In this document: positions 40,076 through 52,700 of the stretch, piece after piece
Position numbering within the stretch: position 1 is the first letter of the stretch
How the letters are laid out: the number at the start of each line of letters is the position of its first letter
NCBI GenBank assembly: GCA_964016885.1
Contig: OZ024741.1
Location: forward strand, 255,068,001 to 255,132,000
DNA length: 64,000 nucleotides
Direction of reading: 5' to 3'
DNA from: Eledone cirrhosa
Lineage: Eukaryota
Translations under genes and position numbers: made by a program
The notes under the pieces: generated by a model
What the model was told of the DNA's origin: nothing
What the model saw: only the letters and a program-made list of their open reading frames with translations
The model's database searches: none

Positions 40076-43000
40076 TAGTTGTTGCTGTTTTCTCTGTTAG
40101 TGCCAGTGTTGTTGTAGTTGTTGCTGTTTTCTCTGTCAGTGCCAGTGTTGTTGTAGTTGTTGCTGTTTTCTCTGTCAGTGCCAGTGTTGTTGTAGTTGTT
40201 GCTGTTTTTTGTGTCAGTGCCAGTGTTGTTGTAGTTGTTGCTGTTTTTTCTGTCAGTGCCAGTGTTGTTGTTGTTGTTGCTGTTTTCTCTGTCAGTGCCA
40301 GTGTTGTAGTTGTTGCTGTTTTCTCTGTCAGTGCCAGTGTTGTTGTAGTTGTTGCTGTTTTCTGTGTCAGTGCAAGTGTTGTTGTTGTTGCTGTTTTCTG
40401 TGTCAGTGCCAGTGTTGTTGTTGTTGCTATTTTCACTGTCAGTGCCAGTGTTGTTGCTGTTGCTGTTTTCTCTGTCAGTGCCAGTGATGTTGTAGTTGTT
40501 GCTGTTTTCTGTGTTAGTGCCAGTGTTGTTGTAGTTGTTGCTGTTTTCTGTGTCAGTGCCAGTGTTGTTGCTGTTGCTGTTTTCTCTGTCAGTGCCAGTG
40601 TTGTTGTAGTTGTTGCTGCTTTCTCTGTCAGTGCCAGTGTTGTTGTAGTTGTTGCTGTTTTCTGTGTCAGTGCCAGTGTTGTTGTTGTTGCTGTTTTCTC
40701 TGTCAGTGCCAGTGTTGTTGTAGTTGTTGCTGTTTTCTGTGTCAGTGCCACTGTTGTTGTTGCTGTTTTCTCTGTCAGTGCCAGTGTTGTTGTAGTTTTT
40801 GCTGTTTTCTGTGTCAGTGCCAGTGTTGTTGTTGTTGCTGTTTTCTCTGTCAGTGCCAGTGTTGTTGCTGTTGCTATTTTCACTGTTAGTGCCAGTGTTG
40901 TTGTTGTTGCTGTTTTCTGTGTCAGTGCCAGTGTTGTTGTTGTTGCTGTTTTCTTTGTCAGGGCCAGTGTTGTTGTTGTTACTGTTGCTGTTTTCTGTGT
41001 CAGTTCCAGTGTTGCTGTTGCTGTTTTCTGTGCCAGTGCCAGTGTTATTGTTGCTGTTGTTGCTGTTTTCTGTGTCAGTGCCACGGTTGTTGTTGCTGTT
41101 GTTGCTGTTTTCTGTGTCAGTGCCAGTGTTGTTGTTGGTGTTTTCTGTGTCAGTGCCAGTGTTGTTGTTGCTGTTTTCTGTGCCAGTGTTGTTGTAGTTG
41201 TTGCTGTTTTCTGTGTCAGTGCCGGTGTTGTTGTTGTTGCTGTTTTCTCTGTCAGCGCCAGTGTTGTTGTTGTTGCTGTTTTCTCTGTCAGTGCCAGTGT
41301 TGTTGTTGTTGCTGTTTTCTGTGTCAGTGCCAGTGTTGTTGTAGTTGTTGCTGTTTTCTGTGTCAGTGCCAGTGTTGTTGTAGTTGTTGCTGTTTTCTGT
41401 GTCAGTGCCAGTGTTGTTGTAGTTGTTGCTGTTTTCTCTGTCAGTGCCAGTGTTGTTGTAGTTGTTGCTGTTTTCTCTGTCAGTGCCAGTGTTGTTGTAG
41501 TTGTTGATGTTTTCTGTGTCAATGCCAGTGTTGTTGATGTTGCTGTTTTCTCTGTCAGTGCCAGTGTTGTAGTTGTTGCTGTTTTCTCTGTCAGTGCCAG
41601 TGTTGTTGTAGTTGTTGCTGTTTTCTGTGTCAGTGCCAGTGTTGTTGCTGTTGTTGCTGTTTTCTGTGTCAGTGCCAGTGTTGTTGTTGTTGCTGTTTTC
41701 TCTGTCAGTGCCAGTGTTGTTGTAGTTATTGCTGTTTTCTGTGTCAGTGCCACTGTTGTTGTTGCTGTTTTCTGTGTCGGTGACAGTGTTGTTGTTGTTG
41801 CTGTTTTCTCTGTCAGTGCCAGTGTTGTTGTTGCTGTTATCTCTGTCAGTGCCAGTGTTGTTGTTGCTGTTTTCTGTGTCAGTGCCATTGTTATTGATGT
41901 TGTTGCTGTTTTCTCTGTCAGTGCCAGTGTTGTTGTTGCTGTTGTTGCTGTTGCTGTTTTCTCTGTCAGTGCCAGTGTTGTTGTAGTTGTTGCTGTTTTC
42001 TCTGTCAGTGCCAGTGTTGTAGTTGTTGCTGTTTTCTGTGTCAGTGCCAGTGTTGTTGCTGTTGCTGTTTTCTCTGTCAGTGCCAGTGTTGTTGTAGTTG
42101 TTGTTGCTGTTTTCTCTCTCAGTGCCAGTGTTGTTGTAGTTGTTGCTGTTTTCTGTGTCAGTGCCGGTGTTGTTGTTGTTGCTGTTTTCTCTGTCAATGC
42201 CAGTGTTGTTGTTGTTGCTGTTTTCTCTGTCAGTGCCAGTGTTGTTGTTGTTGCTGTTTTCTGTGTCAGTGCCAGTGTTGTTGTTGTTGCTGTTTTCTGT
42301 GTCAGTGCCAGTGTTGTTGTAGTTGTTGCTGTTTTCTGTGCCAGTGCCAGTGTTGTTGTAGTTGTTGCTGTTTTCTGTGTCAGTGCCAGTGTTGTTGTAG
42401 TTGTTGCTGTTTTCTCTGTCAGTGCCAGTGTTGTTGTAGTTGTTGCTGTTTTCTGTGTCAGTGCCAGTGTTGTTGTTGTTGCTGTTTTCTCTGTCAGTGC
42501 CAGTGTTGTTGTTGCTGTTTTCTGTGCCAGTGTTGTTGTAGTTGTTGCTGTTTTCTGTGTCAGTGCCGGTGTTGTTGTTGTTGCTGTTTTCTCTGTCAGC
42601 GCCAGTGTTGTTGTTGTTGCTGTTTTCTCTGTCAGTGCCAGTGTTGTTGTTGTTGCTGTTTTCTGTGTCAGTGCCAGTGTTGTTGTAGTTGTTGCTGTTT
42701 TCTGTGTCAGTGCCAGTGTTGTTGTAGTTGTTGCTGTTTTCTCTGTCAGTGCCAGTGTTGTTGTAGTTGTTGCTGTTTTCTCTGTCAGTGCCAGTGTTGT
42801 TGTAGTTGTTGATGTTTTCTGTGTCAATGCCAGTGTTGTTGTTGTTGCTGTTTTCTCTGTCAGTGCCAGTGTTGTAGTTGTTGCTGTTTTCTCTGTCAGT
42901 GCCAGTGTTGTTGTAGTTGTTGCTGTTTTCTGTGTCTGTGCCAGTGTTGTTGCTGTTGTTGCTGTTTTCTGTGTCAGTGCCAGTGTTGTTGTTGTTGCTG

Positions 43001-43750
43001 TTTTCTCTGTCAGTGCCAGTGTTTTTGTTGTTGCTGTTTTCTGTGTCAGTGCCAGTGTTGTTATAGTTGTTGCTGTTTTCTCTGTCAGTGCCAGTGTTGT
43101 TGTAGTTGTTGCTGTTTTCTCTGTCAGTGCCAGTGTTTTTGTAGTTGTTGCTGTTTTCTGTGTCAGTGCCAGTGTTGTTGTTGTTGCTGTTTTCTCTGTC
43201 AGTGCCAGTGTTGTTGTTGCTGTTTTCTCTGTCAGTGCCAATGTTGTTGTAGTTATTGCTGTTTTCTGTGTCAGTGCCACTGTTGTTGTTGCTGTTTTCT
43301 GTGTCGGTGCCAGTGTTGTTGTTGTTGTTGCTGTTTTCTCTGTCAGTGCCAGTGTTGTTGTTGCTGTTTTCTCTGTCAGTGCCAATGTTGTTGTAGTTGT
43401 TGCTGTTTTCTGTGTCAGTGCCAGTGTTGTTGTTGTTGCTGTTTTCTCTGTCAGTGCCAGTGATGTTGTAGTTGTTGCTGTTTTCTGTGTTAGTGCCAGT
43501 GTTGTTGTAGTTGTTGCTGTTTTCTGTGTCAGTGCCAGTGTTGTTGCTGTTGCTGTTTTCTCTGTCAGTGCCAGTGTTGTTGTAGTTGTTGCTGCTTTCT
43601 CTGTCAGTGCCAGTGTTGTTGTAGTTGTTGCTGTTTTCTGTGACAGTGCGAGTGTTGTTGTTGTTGCTGTTTTCTCTGTCAGTGCCAGTGTTGTTGTAGT
43701 TGTTGCTGTTTTCTGTGTCAGTGCCACTGTTGTTGATGCTGTTTTCTCTG

Positions 43751-46700
43751 TCAGTGCCAGTGTTGTTGTAGTTTTTGCTGTTTTCTGTGCAGTGCCAGTG
43801 TTGTTGTTGTTGCTGTTTTCTCTGTCAGTGCCAGTGTTGTTGCTGTTGCTATTTTCACTGTCAGTGCCAGTGTTGTTGTTGTTGCCGTTTTCTGTGTCAG
43901 TGTCAGTGTTGTTGTTGTTGCTGTTTTCTTTGTCAGTGCCAGTGTTGTTGTTGTTACTGTTGCTGTTTTCTGTGTCAGTTCCAGTGTTGCTGTTGCTGTT
44001 TTCTGTGCCAGTGCCAGTGTTATTGTTGTTGTTGTTGCTGTTTTCTGTGTCAGTGCCACGGTTGTTGTTGCTGTTGTTGCTGTTTTCTGTGTCAGTGCCA
44101 GTGTTGTTGTTGCTGTTTTCTGTGTCAGTGCCAGTGTTGTTGTTGCTGTTGTTGCTGTTTTCTGTGCCAGTGTTGTTGTAGTTGTTGCTGTTTTCTGTGT
44201 CAGTGCCGGTGTTGTTGCTGTTTTCTCTGTCAGTGCCAGTGTTGTTGTTGTTGCTGTTTTCTGTGTCATTGCCAGTGTTTTCTCTGTCAGTGCCAGTGTT
44301 GTAGTTGTTGCTGTTTTCTCTGTCAGTGCCAGTGTTGTTGTAGTTGTTGCTGTTTTCTGTGTCAGTGCCAGTGTTGTTGCTGTTGTTGCTGTTTTCTGTG
44401 TCAGTGCCAGTGTTGTTGTTGTTGCTGTTTTCTCTGTCAGTGCCAGTGTTTTTGTTGTTGCTGTTTTCTGTGTCAGTGCCAGTGTTGTTCTAGTTGTTGC
44501 TGTTTTCTGTGTCAGTGCCAGTGTTGTTATAGTTGTTGCTGTTTTCTCTGTCAGTGCCAGTGTTGTTGTAGTTGTTGCTGTTTTCTCTGTCAGTGCCAGT
44601 GTTTTTGTAGTTGTTGCTGTTTTCTGTGTCAGTGCCAGTGTTGTTGTTGTTGCTGTTTTCTCTGTCAGTGCCAGTGTTGTTGTTGCTGTTTTCTCTGTCA
44701 GTGCCAATGTTGTTGTAGTTATTGCTGTTTTCTGTGTCAGTGCCACTGTTGTTGTTGCTGTTTTCTGTGTCGGTGCCAGTGTTGTTGTTGTTGCTGTTTT
44801 CTCTGTCAGTGCCAGTGTTGTTGTTGCTGTTTTCTCTGTCAGTGCCAATGTTGTTGTAGTTGTTGCTGTTTTCTGTGTCAGTGCCAGTGTTGTTTTTGTT
44901 GCTGTTTTCTCTGTCAGTGCCAGTGATGTTGTAGTTGTTGCTGTTTTCTGTGTTAGTGCCAGTGTTGTTGTAGTTGTTGCTGTTTTCTGTGTCAGTGCCA
45001 GTGTTGTTGCTGTTGCTGTTTTCTCTGTCAGTGCCAGTGTTGTTGTAGTTGTTGCTGCTTTCTCTGTCAGTGCCAGTGTTGTTGTAGTTGTTGCTGTTTT
45101 CTGTGTCAGTGCCAGTGTTGTTGTTGTTGCTGTTTTCTCTGTCAGTGCCAGTGTTGTTGTTGTTGCTGTTTTCTCTGTCAGTGCCAGTGTTGTTGTAGTT
45201 TTTGCTGTTTTCTCTGTCAGTGCCAGTGTTGTTGTAGTTGTTGCTGTTTTCTCTGTCAGTGCCAGTGTTGTTGTTGTTGTTGCTGTTTTCTCTGTCAGTG
45301 CCAGTGTTGTAGTTGTTGCTGTTTTCTCTGTCAGTGCCAGTGTTGTTGTAGTTGTTGCTGTTTTCTGTGTCAGTGCCAGTGTTGTTGTTGTTGCTATTTT
45401 CACTGTCAGTGCCAGTGTTGTTGCTGTTGCTGTTTTCTCTGTCAGTGCCAGTGATGTTGTAGTTGTTGCTGTTTTCTGTGTTAGTGCCAGTGTTGTTGTA
45501 GTTGTTGCTGTTTTCTGTGTCAGTGCCAGTGTTGTTGCTGTTGCTGTTTTCTCTGTCAGTGCCAGTGTTGTTGTAGTTGTTGCTGCTTTCTCTGTCAGTG
45601 CCAGTGTTGTTGTAGTTGTTTCTGTTTTCTGTGTCAGTGCCAGTGTTGTTGTTGTTGCTGTTTTCTCTGTCAGTGCCAGTGTTGTTGTAGTTGTTGCTGT
45701 TTTCTGTGTCAGTGCCACTGTTGTTGTTGCTGTTTTCTGTGTCTGTGCCAGTGTTGTTGTTGTTGCTGTTTTCTCTGTCAGTGCCAGTGTTGTTGTTGCT
45801 GTTTTCTCTGTCAGTGCCAGTGTTGTTGTTGTTGCTGTTTTCTGTGTCAGTGCCAGTGTTGTTGTAGTTGTTGCTGTTTTCTGTGTCAGTGCCAGTGTTG
45901 TTGTAGTTGTTGCTGTTTTCTCTGTCAGTGCCAGTGTTGTTGTAGTTGTTGCTGTTTTCTCTGTCAGTGCCATTGTTGTTGTAGTTGTTGCTGTTTTCTG
46001 TGTCAGTGTCAGTGTTTTTGTTGTTGCTGTTTTCTCTGTCAGTGCCAGTGTTGTTGTTGTTGCTGTTTTCTGTGTCAGTGCCAGTGTTGTTGTTGCTATT
46101 TTCACTGTCAGTGCCAGTGTTGTTGTAGTTGTTGCTGTTTTCTGTGTCAGTGCCAGTGTTGTTGTTGTTGCTATTTTCTCTGTCAGTGCCAGTGTTGTTG
46201 TAGTTGTTGCTGTTTTCTCTGTCAGTGCCAGTGTTGTTGTAGTTGTTGCTGTTTTTTGTGTCAGTGCCAGTGTTGTTGTAGTTGTTGCTGTTTTCTCTGT
46301 CAGTGCCAGTGTTGTTGTTGTTGTTGCTGTTTTCTCTGTCAGTGCCAGTGTTGTAGTTGTTGCTGTTTTCTCTGTCAGTGCCAGTGTTGTTGTAGTTGTT
46401 GCTGTTTTCTGTGTCAGTGCAAGTGTTGTTGTTGTTGCTGTTTTCTGTGTCAGTGCCAGTGTTGTTGTTGTTGCTATTTTCACTGTCAGTGCCAGTGTTG
46501 TTGCTGTTGCTGTTTTCTCTGTCAGTGCCAGTGATGTTGTAGTTGTTGCTGTTTTCTGTGTTAGTGCCAGTGTTGTTGTAGTTGTTGCTGTTTTCTGTGT
46601 CAGTGCCAGTGTTGTTGCTGTTGCTGTTTTCTCTGTCAGTGCCAGTGTTGTTGTAGTTGTTGCTGCTTTCTCTGTCAGTGCCAGTGTTGTTGTAGTTGTT

Positions 46701-49700
46701 GCTGTTTTCTGTGACAGTGCCAGTGTTGTTGTTGTTGCTGTTTTCTCTGTCAGTGCCAGTGTTGTTGTAGTTGTTGCTGTTTTCTGTGTCAGTGCCACTG
46801 TTGTTGATGCTGTTTTCTCTGTCAGTGCCAGTGTTGTTGTAGTTTTTGCTGTTTTCTGTGTCAGTGCCAGGGTTGTTGTTGTTGCTGTTTTCTCTGTCAG
46901 TGCCAGTGTTGTTGCTGTTGCTATTTTCACTGTCAGTGCCAGTGTTGTTGTTGTTGCCGTTTTCTGTGTCAGTGTCAGTGTTGTTGTTGTTGCTGTTTTC
47001 TTTGTCAGTGCCAGTGTTGTTGTTGTTACTGTTGCTGTTTTCTGTGTCAGTTCCAGTGTTGCTGTTGCTGTTTTCTGTGCCAGTGCCAGTGTTATTGTTG
47101 CTGTTGTTGCTGTTTTCTGTGTCAGTGCCACGGTTGTTGTTGCTGTTGTTGCTGTTTTCTGTGTCAGTGCCAGTGTTGTTGTTGCTGTTTTCTGTGTCAG
47201 TGCCAGTGTTGTTGTTGCTGTTGTTGCTGTTTTCTGTGCCAGTGTTGTTGTAGTTGTTGCTGTTTTCTGTGTCAGTGCCGGTGTTGTTGTTGTTGCTGTT
47301 TTCTCTGTCAGTGCCAGTGTTGTTGTTGTTGCTGTTTTCTCTGTCAGTGACAGTGTTGTTGTTGTTGCTGTTTTCTGTGTCATTGCCAGTGTTGTTGTAG
47401 TTGTTGCTGTTTTTTGTGTCAGTGCCAGTGTTGTTGTAGTTGTTGCTGTTTTCTGTGTCAGTGCCAGTGTTGTTGTAGTTGTTGCTGTTTTCTCTGTCAG
47501 TGCCAGTGTTGTTGTAGTTGTTGCTGTTTTCTCTGTCAGTGCCAGTGTTGTTGTAGTTGTTGATGTTTTCTGTGTCAATGCCAGTGTTGTTGTTGTTGCT
47601 GTTTTCTCTGTCAGTGCCAGTGTTGTAGTTGTTGCTGTTTTCTCTGTCAGTGCCAGTGTTGTTGTAGTTGTTGCTGTTTTCTGTGTCAGTGCCAGTGTTG
47701 TTGCTGTTGTTGCTGTTTTCTGTGTCAGTGCCAGTGTTGTTGTTGTTGCTGTTTTCTCTGTCAGTGCCAGTGTTGTTGTAGTTATTGCTGTTTTCTGTGT
47801 CAGTGCCACTGTTGTTGTTGCTGTTTTCTGTGTCGGTGACAGTGTTGTTGTTGTTGCTGTTTTCTCTGTCAGTGCCAGTGTTGTTGTTGCTGTTATCTCT
47901 GTCAGTGCCAGTGTTGTTCTTGCTGTTTTCTGTGTCAGTGCCATTGTTATTGATGTTGTTGCTGTTTTCTCTGTCAGTGCCAGTGTTGTTGTTGCTGTTG
48001 TTGCTGTTGCTGTTTTCTCTGTCAGTGCCAGTGTTGTTGTAGTTGTTGCTGTTTTCTCTGTCAGTGCCAGTGTTGTAGTTGTTGCTGTTTTCTGTGTCAG
48101 TGCCAGTGTTGTTGCTGTTGCTGTTTTCTCTGTCAGTGCCAGTGTTGTTGTAGTTGTTGCTGTTTTCTCTGTCAGTGCCAGTGTTGTTGTAGTTGTTGCT
48201 GTTTTCTGTGTCAGTGCCGGTGTTGTTGTTGTTGCTGTTTTCTCTGTCAATGCCAGTGTTGTTGTTGTTGCTGTTTTCTCTGTCAGTGCCAGTGTTGTTG
48301 TTGTTGCTGTTTTCTGTGTCAGTGCCAGTGTTGTTGTTGCTGTTTTCTGTGTCAGTGCCAGTGTTGTTGTAGTTGTTGCTGTTTTCTGTGCCAGTGCCAG
48401 TGTTGTTGTAGTTGTTGCTGTTTTCTGTGTCAGTGCCAGTGTTGTTGTAGTTGTTGCTGTTTTCTCTGTGAGTGCCAGTGTTGTTGTAGTTGTTGCTGTT
48501 TTCTCTGTCAGTGCCAGTGTTGTTGTAGTTGTTGCTGTTTTCTGTGTCAGTGCCAGTGTTGTTGTTGTTGCTGTTTTCTCTGTCAGTGCCAGTGTTGTTG
48601 TAGTTGTTGCTGTTTTCTGTGTCAGTGCCAGTGTTGTTGTTGCTGTTTTCTCTGTCAGTGCCAGTGTTGTTGTAGTTGTTGCTGTTTTCTCTGTCAGTGC
48701 CAGTTTTGTTGTAGTTGTTGCTGATTTCTGTGTCAGTGCCAGTGTTGTTGTTGTTGTTGCTGTTTTCTCTGTCAGTGCCAGTATTGTAGTTGTTGCTGTT
48801 TTCTCTGTCAGTGCCAGTGTTGTTGTTCTTGTTGCTGTTTTCTCTGTCAGTGCCAGTGTTGTTGTTGTTGCTATTTTCACTGTCAGTGCCAGTGTTGTTG
48901 TTGTTGCTATTTTCACTGTCAGTGCCAGTGTTGTTGTTGTTACTGTTGCTGTTTTCTGTGTCAGTGCCAGTGTTGTTGTTGTTACTGTTGCTGTTTTCTG
49001 TGCCAGTGCCAGTGTTATTGTTGATGTTGTTGCTGTTTTGTCTGTCAGTGCCAGTGTTGTAGTTGTTGCTGTTTTCTCTGTCAGTGCCAGTGTTGTTGTA
49101 GTTGTTGCTGTTTTCTGTGTCAGTGCCAGTGTTGTTGTTGTTGCTGTTTTCTCTGTCAGTGCCAGTGTTGTTGTAGTTGTTGCTGTTTTCTCTGTCAGTG
49201 ACAGTGTTGTTTTAGTTGTTGCTGTTTTCTGTGTCAGTGCCAGTGTTGTTGTAGTTGTTGCTGTTTTTTCTGTCAGTGCCAGTGTTGTTGTTGTTGTTGC
49301 TGTTTTCTCTGTCAGTGCCAGTGTTGTAGTTGTTGCTGTTTTCTCTGTCATTGCCAGTGTTGTTGTAGTTGTTGCTGTTTTCTGTGTCAGTGCCAGTGTT
49401 GTTGCTGTTGCTGTTTTCTCTGTCAGTGCCAGTGTTGTTGTAGTTGTTGCTGCTTTCTCTGTCAGTGCCAGTCTTGTTGTAGTTGTTGCTGTTTTCTGTG
49501 TCAGTGCCAGTGTTGTTGTTGTTGCTGTTTTCTCTGTCAATGCCAGTGTTGTTGTAGTTGTTGCTGTTTTCTGTGTCAGTGCCACTGTTGTTGTTGCTGT
49601 TTTCTGTGTCAGTGCCAGTGTTGTTGTTGTTGCTGTTTTCTCTGTCAGTGCCAGTGTTGTTGTTGCTGTTTTCTCTGTCAGTGCCAGTGTTGTTGTTGTT

Positions 49701-52700
49701 GCTGTTTTCTGTGTCAGCGCCAGTGTTGTTGTAGTTGTTGCTGTTTTCTGTGCCAGTGCCAGTGTTGTTGTAGTTGTTGCTGTTTTCTGTGTCACTGCCA
49801 GTGTTGTTGTAGTTGTTGCTGTTTTCTCTGTGAGTGCCAGTGTTGTTGTAGTTGTTGCTGTTTTCTCTGTCAGTGCCAGTGTTGTTGTAGTTGCTGTTTT
49901 CTGTGTCAGTGCCAGTGTTGTTGTTGTTGCTGTTTTCTCTGTCAGTGCCAGTGTTGTTGTAGTTGTTGCTGTTTTTTGTGCCAGTGCCAGTGTTATTGTT
50001 GCTGTTGTTGCAGTTTTGTCTGTCAGTGCCAGTGTTGTAGTTGTTGCTGTTTTCTCTGTCAGTGCCAGTGTTGTTGTAGTTGTTGCTGTTTTCTCTGTCA
50101 GTGCCAGTGTTGTTGTAGTTGTTGCTGTTTTCTGTGTCAATGCCAGTGTTGTTGTTGTTGCTGTTTTCTCTGTCAGTGCCAGTGTTGTTGTTGTTGCTGT
50201 TTTCTCTGTCAGTGCCAGTGTTCTTGTTGTTGCTGTTTTCTCTGTCAGTGCCAGTGTTGTTGTAGTTGTTGCTGTTTTCTGTGTCAGTGCCAGTGTTGTT
50301 GTAGTTGTTGCTGTTTTCTCTGTCAGTGCCAGTGTTGTTGTAGTTGTTGCTGTTTTCTCTGTCAGTGCCAGTGTTGTTGTAGTTGTTGCTGTTTTCTGTG
50401 CCAGTGCCAGTGTTGTTGTTGTTGCTGTTTTCTCTGTCAATGCCAGTGTTGTTGTTGTTGTTGCTGTTTTCTGTGTCAGTGCCACTGTTGTTGTTGCTGT
50501 TTTCTGTGTCAGTGCCAGTGTTGTTGTTGTTGCTGTTTTCTCTGTCAGTGCCAGTGTTGTTGTTGCTGTTTTCTCTGTCAGTGCCAGTGTTGTTGTTGTT
50601 GCTGTTTTCTGTGTCAGCGCCAGTGTTGTTGTAGTTGTTGCTGTTTTCTGTGCCAGTGCCAGTGTTGTTGTAGTTGTTGCTGTTTTCTGTGTCACTGCCA
50701 GTGTTGTTGTAGTTGTTGCTGTTTTCTCTGTGAGTGCCAGTGTTGTTGTAGTTGTTGCTGTTTTCTCTGTCAGTGCCAGTGTTGTTGTAGTTGCTGTTTT
50801 CTGTGTCAGTGCCAGTGTTGTTGTTGTTGCTGTTTTCTCTGTCAGTGCCAGTGTTGTTGTAGTTGTTGCTGTTTTTTGTGCCAGTGCCAGTGTTATTGTT
50901 GCTGTTGTTGCAGTTTTGTCTGTCAGTGCCAGTGTTGTTGTTGTTGCTGTTTTCTGTGTCAGTGCCAGTGTTGTTGTTGCTGTTTTCTGTGTCAGTGCCA
51001 GTGTTGTTGTAGTTGTTGCTGTTTTCTGTGCCAGTGCCAGTGTTGTTGTAGTTGTTGCTGTTTTCTGTGTCAGTGCCAGTGTTGTTGTAGTTGTTGCTGT
51101 TTTCTCTGTGAGTGCCAGTGTTGTTGTAGTTGTTGCTGTTTTCTCTGTCAGTGCCAGTGTTGTTGTAGTTGTTGCTGTTTTCTGTGTCAGTGCCAGTGTT
51201 GTTGTTGTTGCTGTTTTCTCTGTCAGTGCCAGTGTTGTTGTAGTTGTTGCTGTTTTCTGTGTCAGTGCCAGTGTTGTTGTTGCTGTTTTCTCTGTCAGTG
51301 CCAGTGTTGTTGTAGTTGTTGCTGTTTTCTCTGTCAGTGCCAGTTTTGTTGTAGTTGTTGCTGATTTCTGTGTCAGTGCCAGTGTTGTTGTAGTTGTTGC
51401 TGTTTTCTTTGTCAGTGCCAGTGTTGTTGTTGTTGCTGTTTTCTCTGTCAGTGCCAGTATTGTAGTTGTTGCTGTTTTCTCTGTCAGTGCCAGTGTTGTT
51501 GTTCTTGTTGCTGTTTTCTCTGTCAGTGCCAGTGTTGTTGTTGTTGCTATTTTCACTGTCAGTGCCAGTGTTGTTGTTGTTGCTATTTTCACTGTCAGTG
51601 CCAGTGTTGTTGTTGTTACTGTTGCTGTTTTCTGTGTCAGTGCCAGTGTTGTTGTTGTTACTGTTGCTGTTTTCTGTGCCAGTGCCAGTGTTATTGTTGC
51701 TGTTGTTGCTGTTTTGTCTGTCAGTGCCAGTGTTGTAGTTGTTGCTGTTTTCTCTGTCAGTGCCAGTGTTGTTGTAGTTGTTGCTGTTTTCTGTGTCAGT
51801 GCCAGTGTTGTTGTTGTTACTGTTTTCTCTGTCAGTGCCAGTGTTGTTGTAGTTGTTGCTGTTTTCTCTGTCAGTGACAGTGTTGTTTTAGTTGTTGCTG
51901 TTTTCTGTGTCAGTGCCAGTGTTGTTGTAGTTGTTGCTGTTTTTTCTGTCAGTGCCAGTGTTGTTGTTGTTGTTGCTGTTTTCTCTGTCAGTGCCAGTGT
52001 TGTAGTTGTTGCTGTTTTCTCTGTCATTGCCAGTGTTGTTGTAGTTGTTGCTGTTTTCTGTGTCAGTGCCAGTGTTGTTGCTGTTGCTGTTTTCTCTGTC
52101 AGTGCCAGTGTTGTTGTAGTTGTTGCTGCTTTCTCTGTCAGTGCCAGTCTTGTTGTAGTTGTTGCTGTTTTCTGTGTCAGTGCCAGTGTTGTTGTTGTTG
52201 CTGTTTTCTCTGTCAATGCCAGTGTTGTTGTAGTTGTTGCTGTTTTCTGTGTCAGTGCCACTGTTGTTGTTGCTGTTTTCTGTGTCAGTGCCAGTGTTGT
52301 TGTTGTTGCTGTTTTCTCTGTCAGTGCCAGTGTTGTTGTTGCTGTTTTCTCTGTCAGTGCCAGTGTTGTTGTTGTTGCTGTTTTCTGTGTCAGCGCCAGT
52401 GTTGTTGTAGTTGTTGCTGTTTTCTGTGCCAGTGCCAGTGTTGTTGTAGTTGTTGCTGTTTTCTGTGTCACTGCCAGTGTTGTTGTAGTTGTTGCTGTTT
52501 TCTCTGTGAGTGCCAGTGTTGTTGTAGTTGTTGCTGTTTTCTCTGTCAGTGCCAGTGTTGTTGTAGTTGCTGTTTTCTGTGTCAGTGCCAGTGTTGTTGT
52601 TGTTGCTGTTTTCTCTGTCAGTGCCAGTGTTGTTGTAGTTGTTGCTGTTTTTTGTGCCAGTGCCAGTGTTATTGTTGCTGTTGTTGCAGTTTTGTCTGTC

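Larger units (their letters stand above)
27130..44630. repeat. About 4.6 kb block duplicated at 12,844 bp offset (~27130-31790 and ~39975-44630), with further partial copies at ~20220-23820 and ~33570-36700
   Basis: Near-identical 1225-aa translations 27206..30883 and 40050..43727. Pairs 27365/40209, 28885/41729 and 30931/43775 all have offset 12844. Pairs 28885/33812 and 30931/35858 have offset 4927. Confidence 0.9.

Noticed and set aside
6495-44181. Giant + strand Val-rich ORFs (VVVVAVFSVSAS)n; I saw no stop in this frame
   Set aside because: The product would be almost wholly hydrophobic and implausible. Only TGT>TGA can create a stop in one step from the consensus, so openness is expected. 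Starts are incidental GTG/TTG codons.
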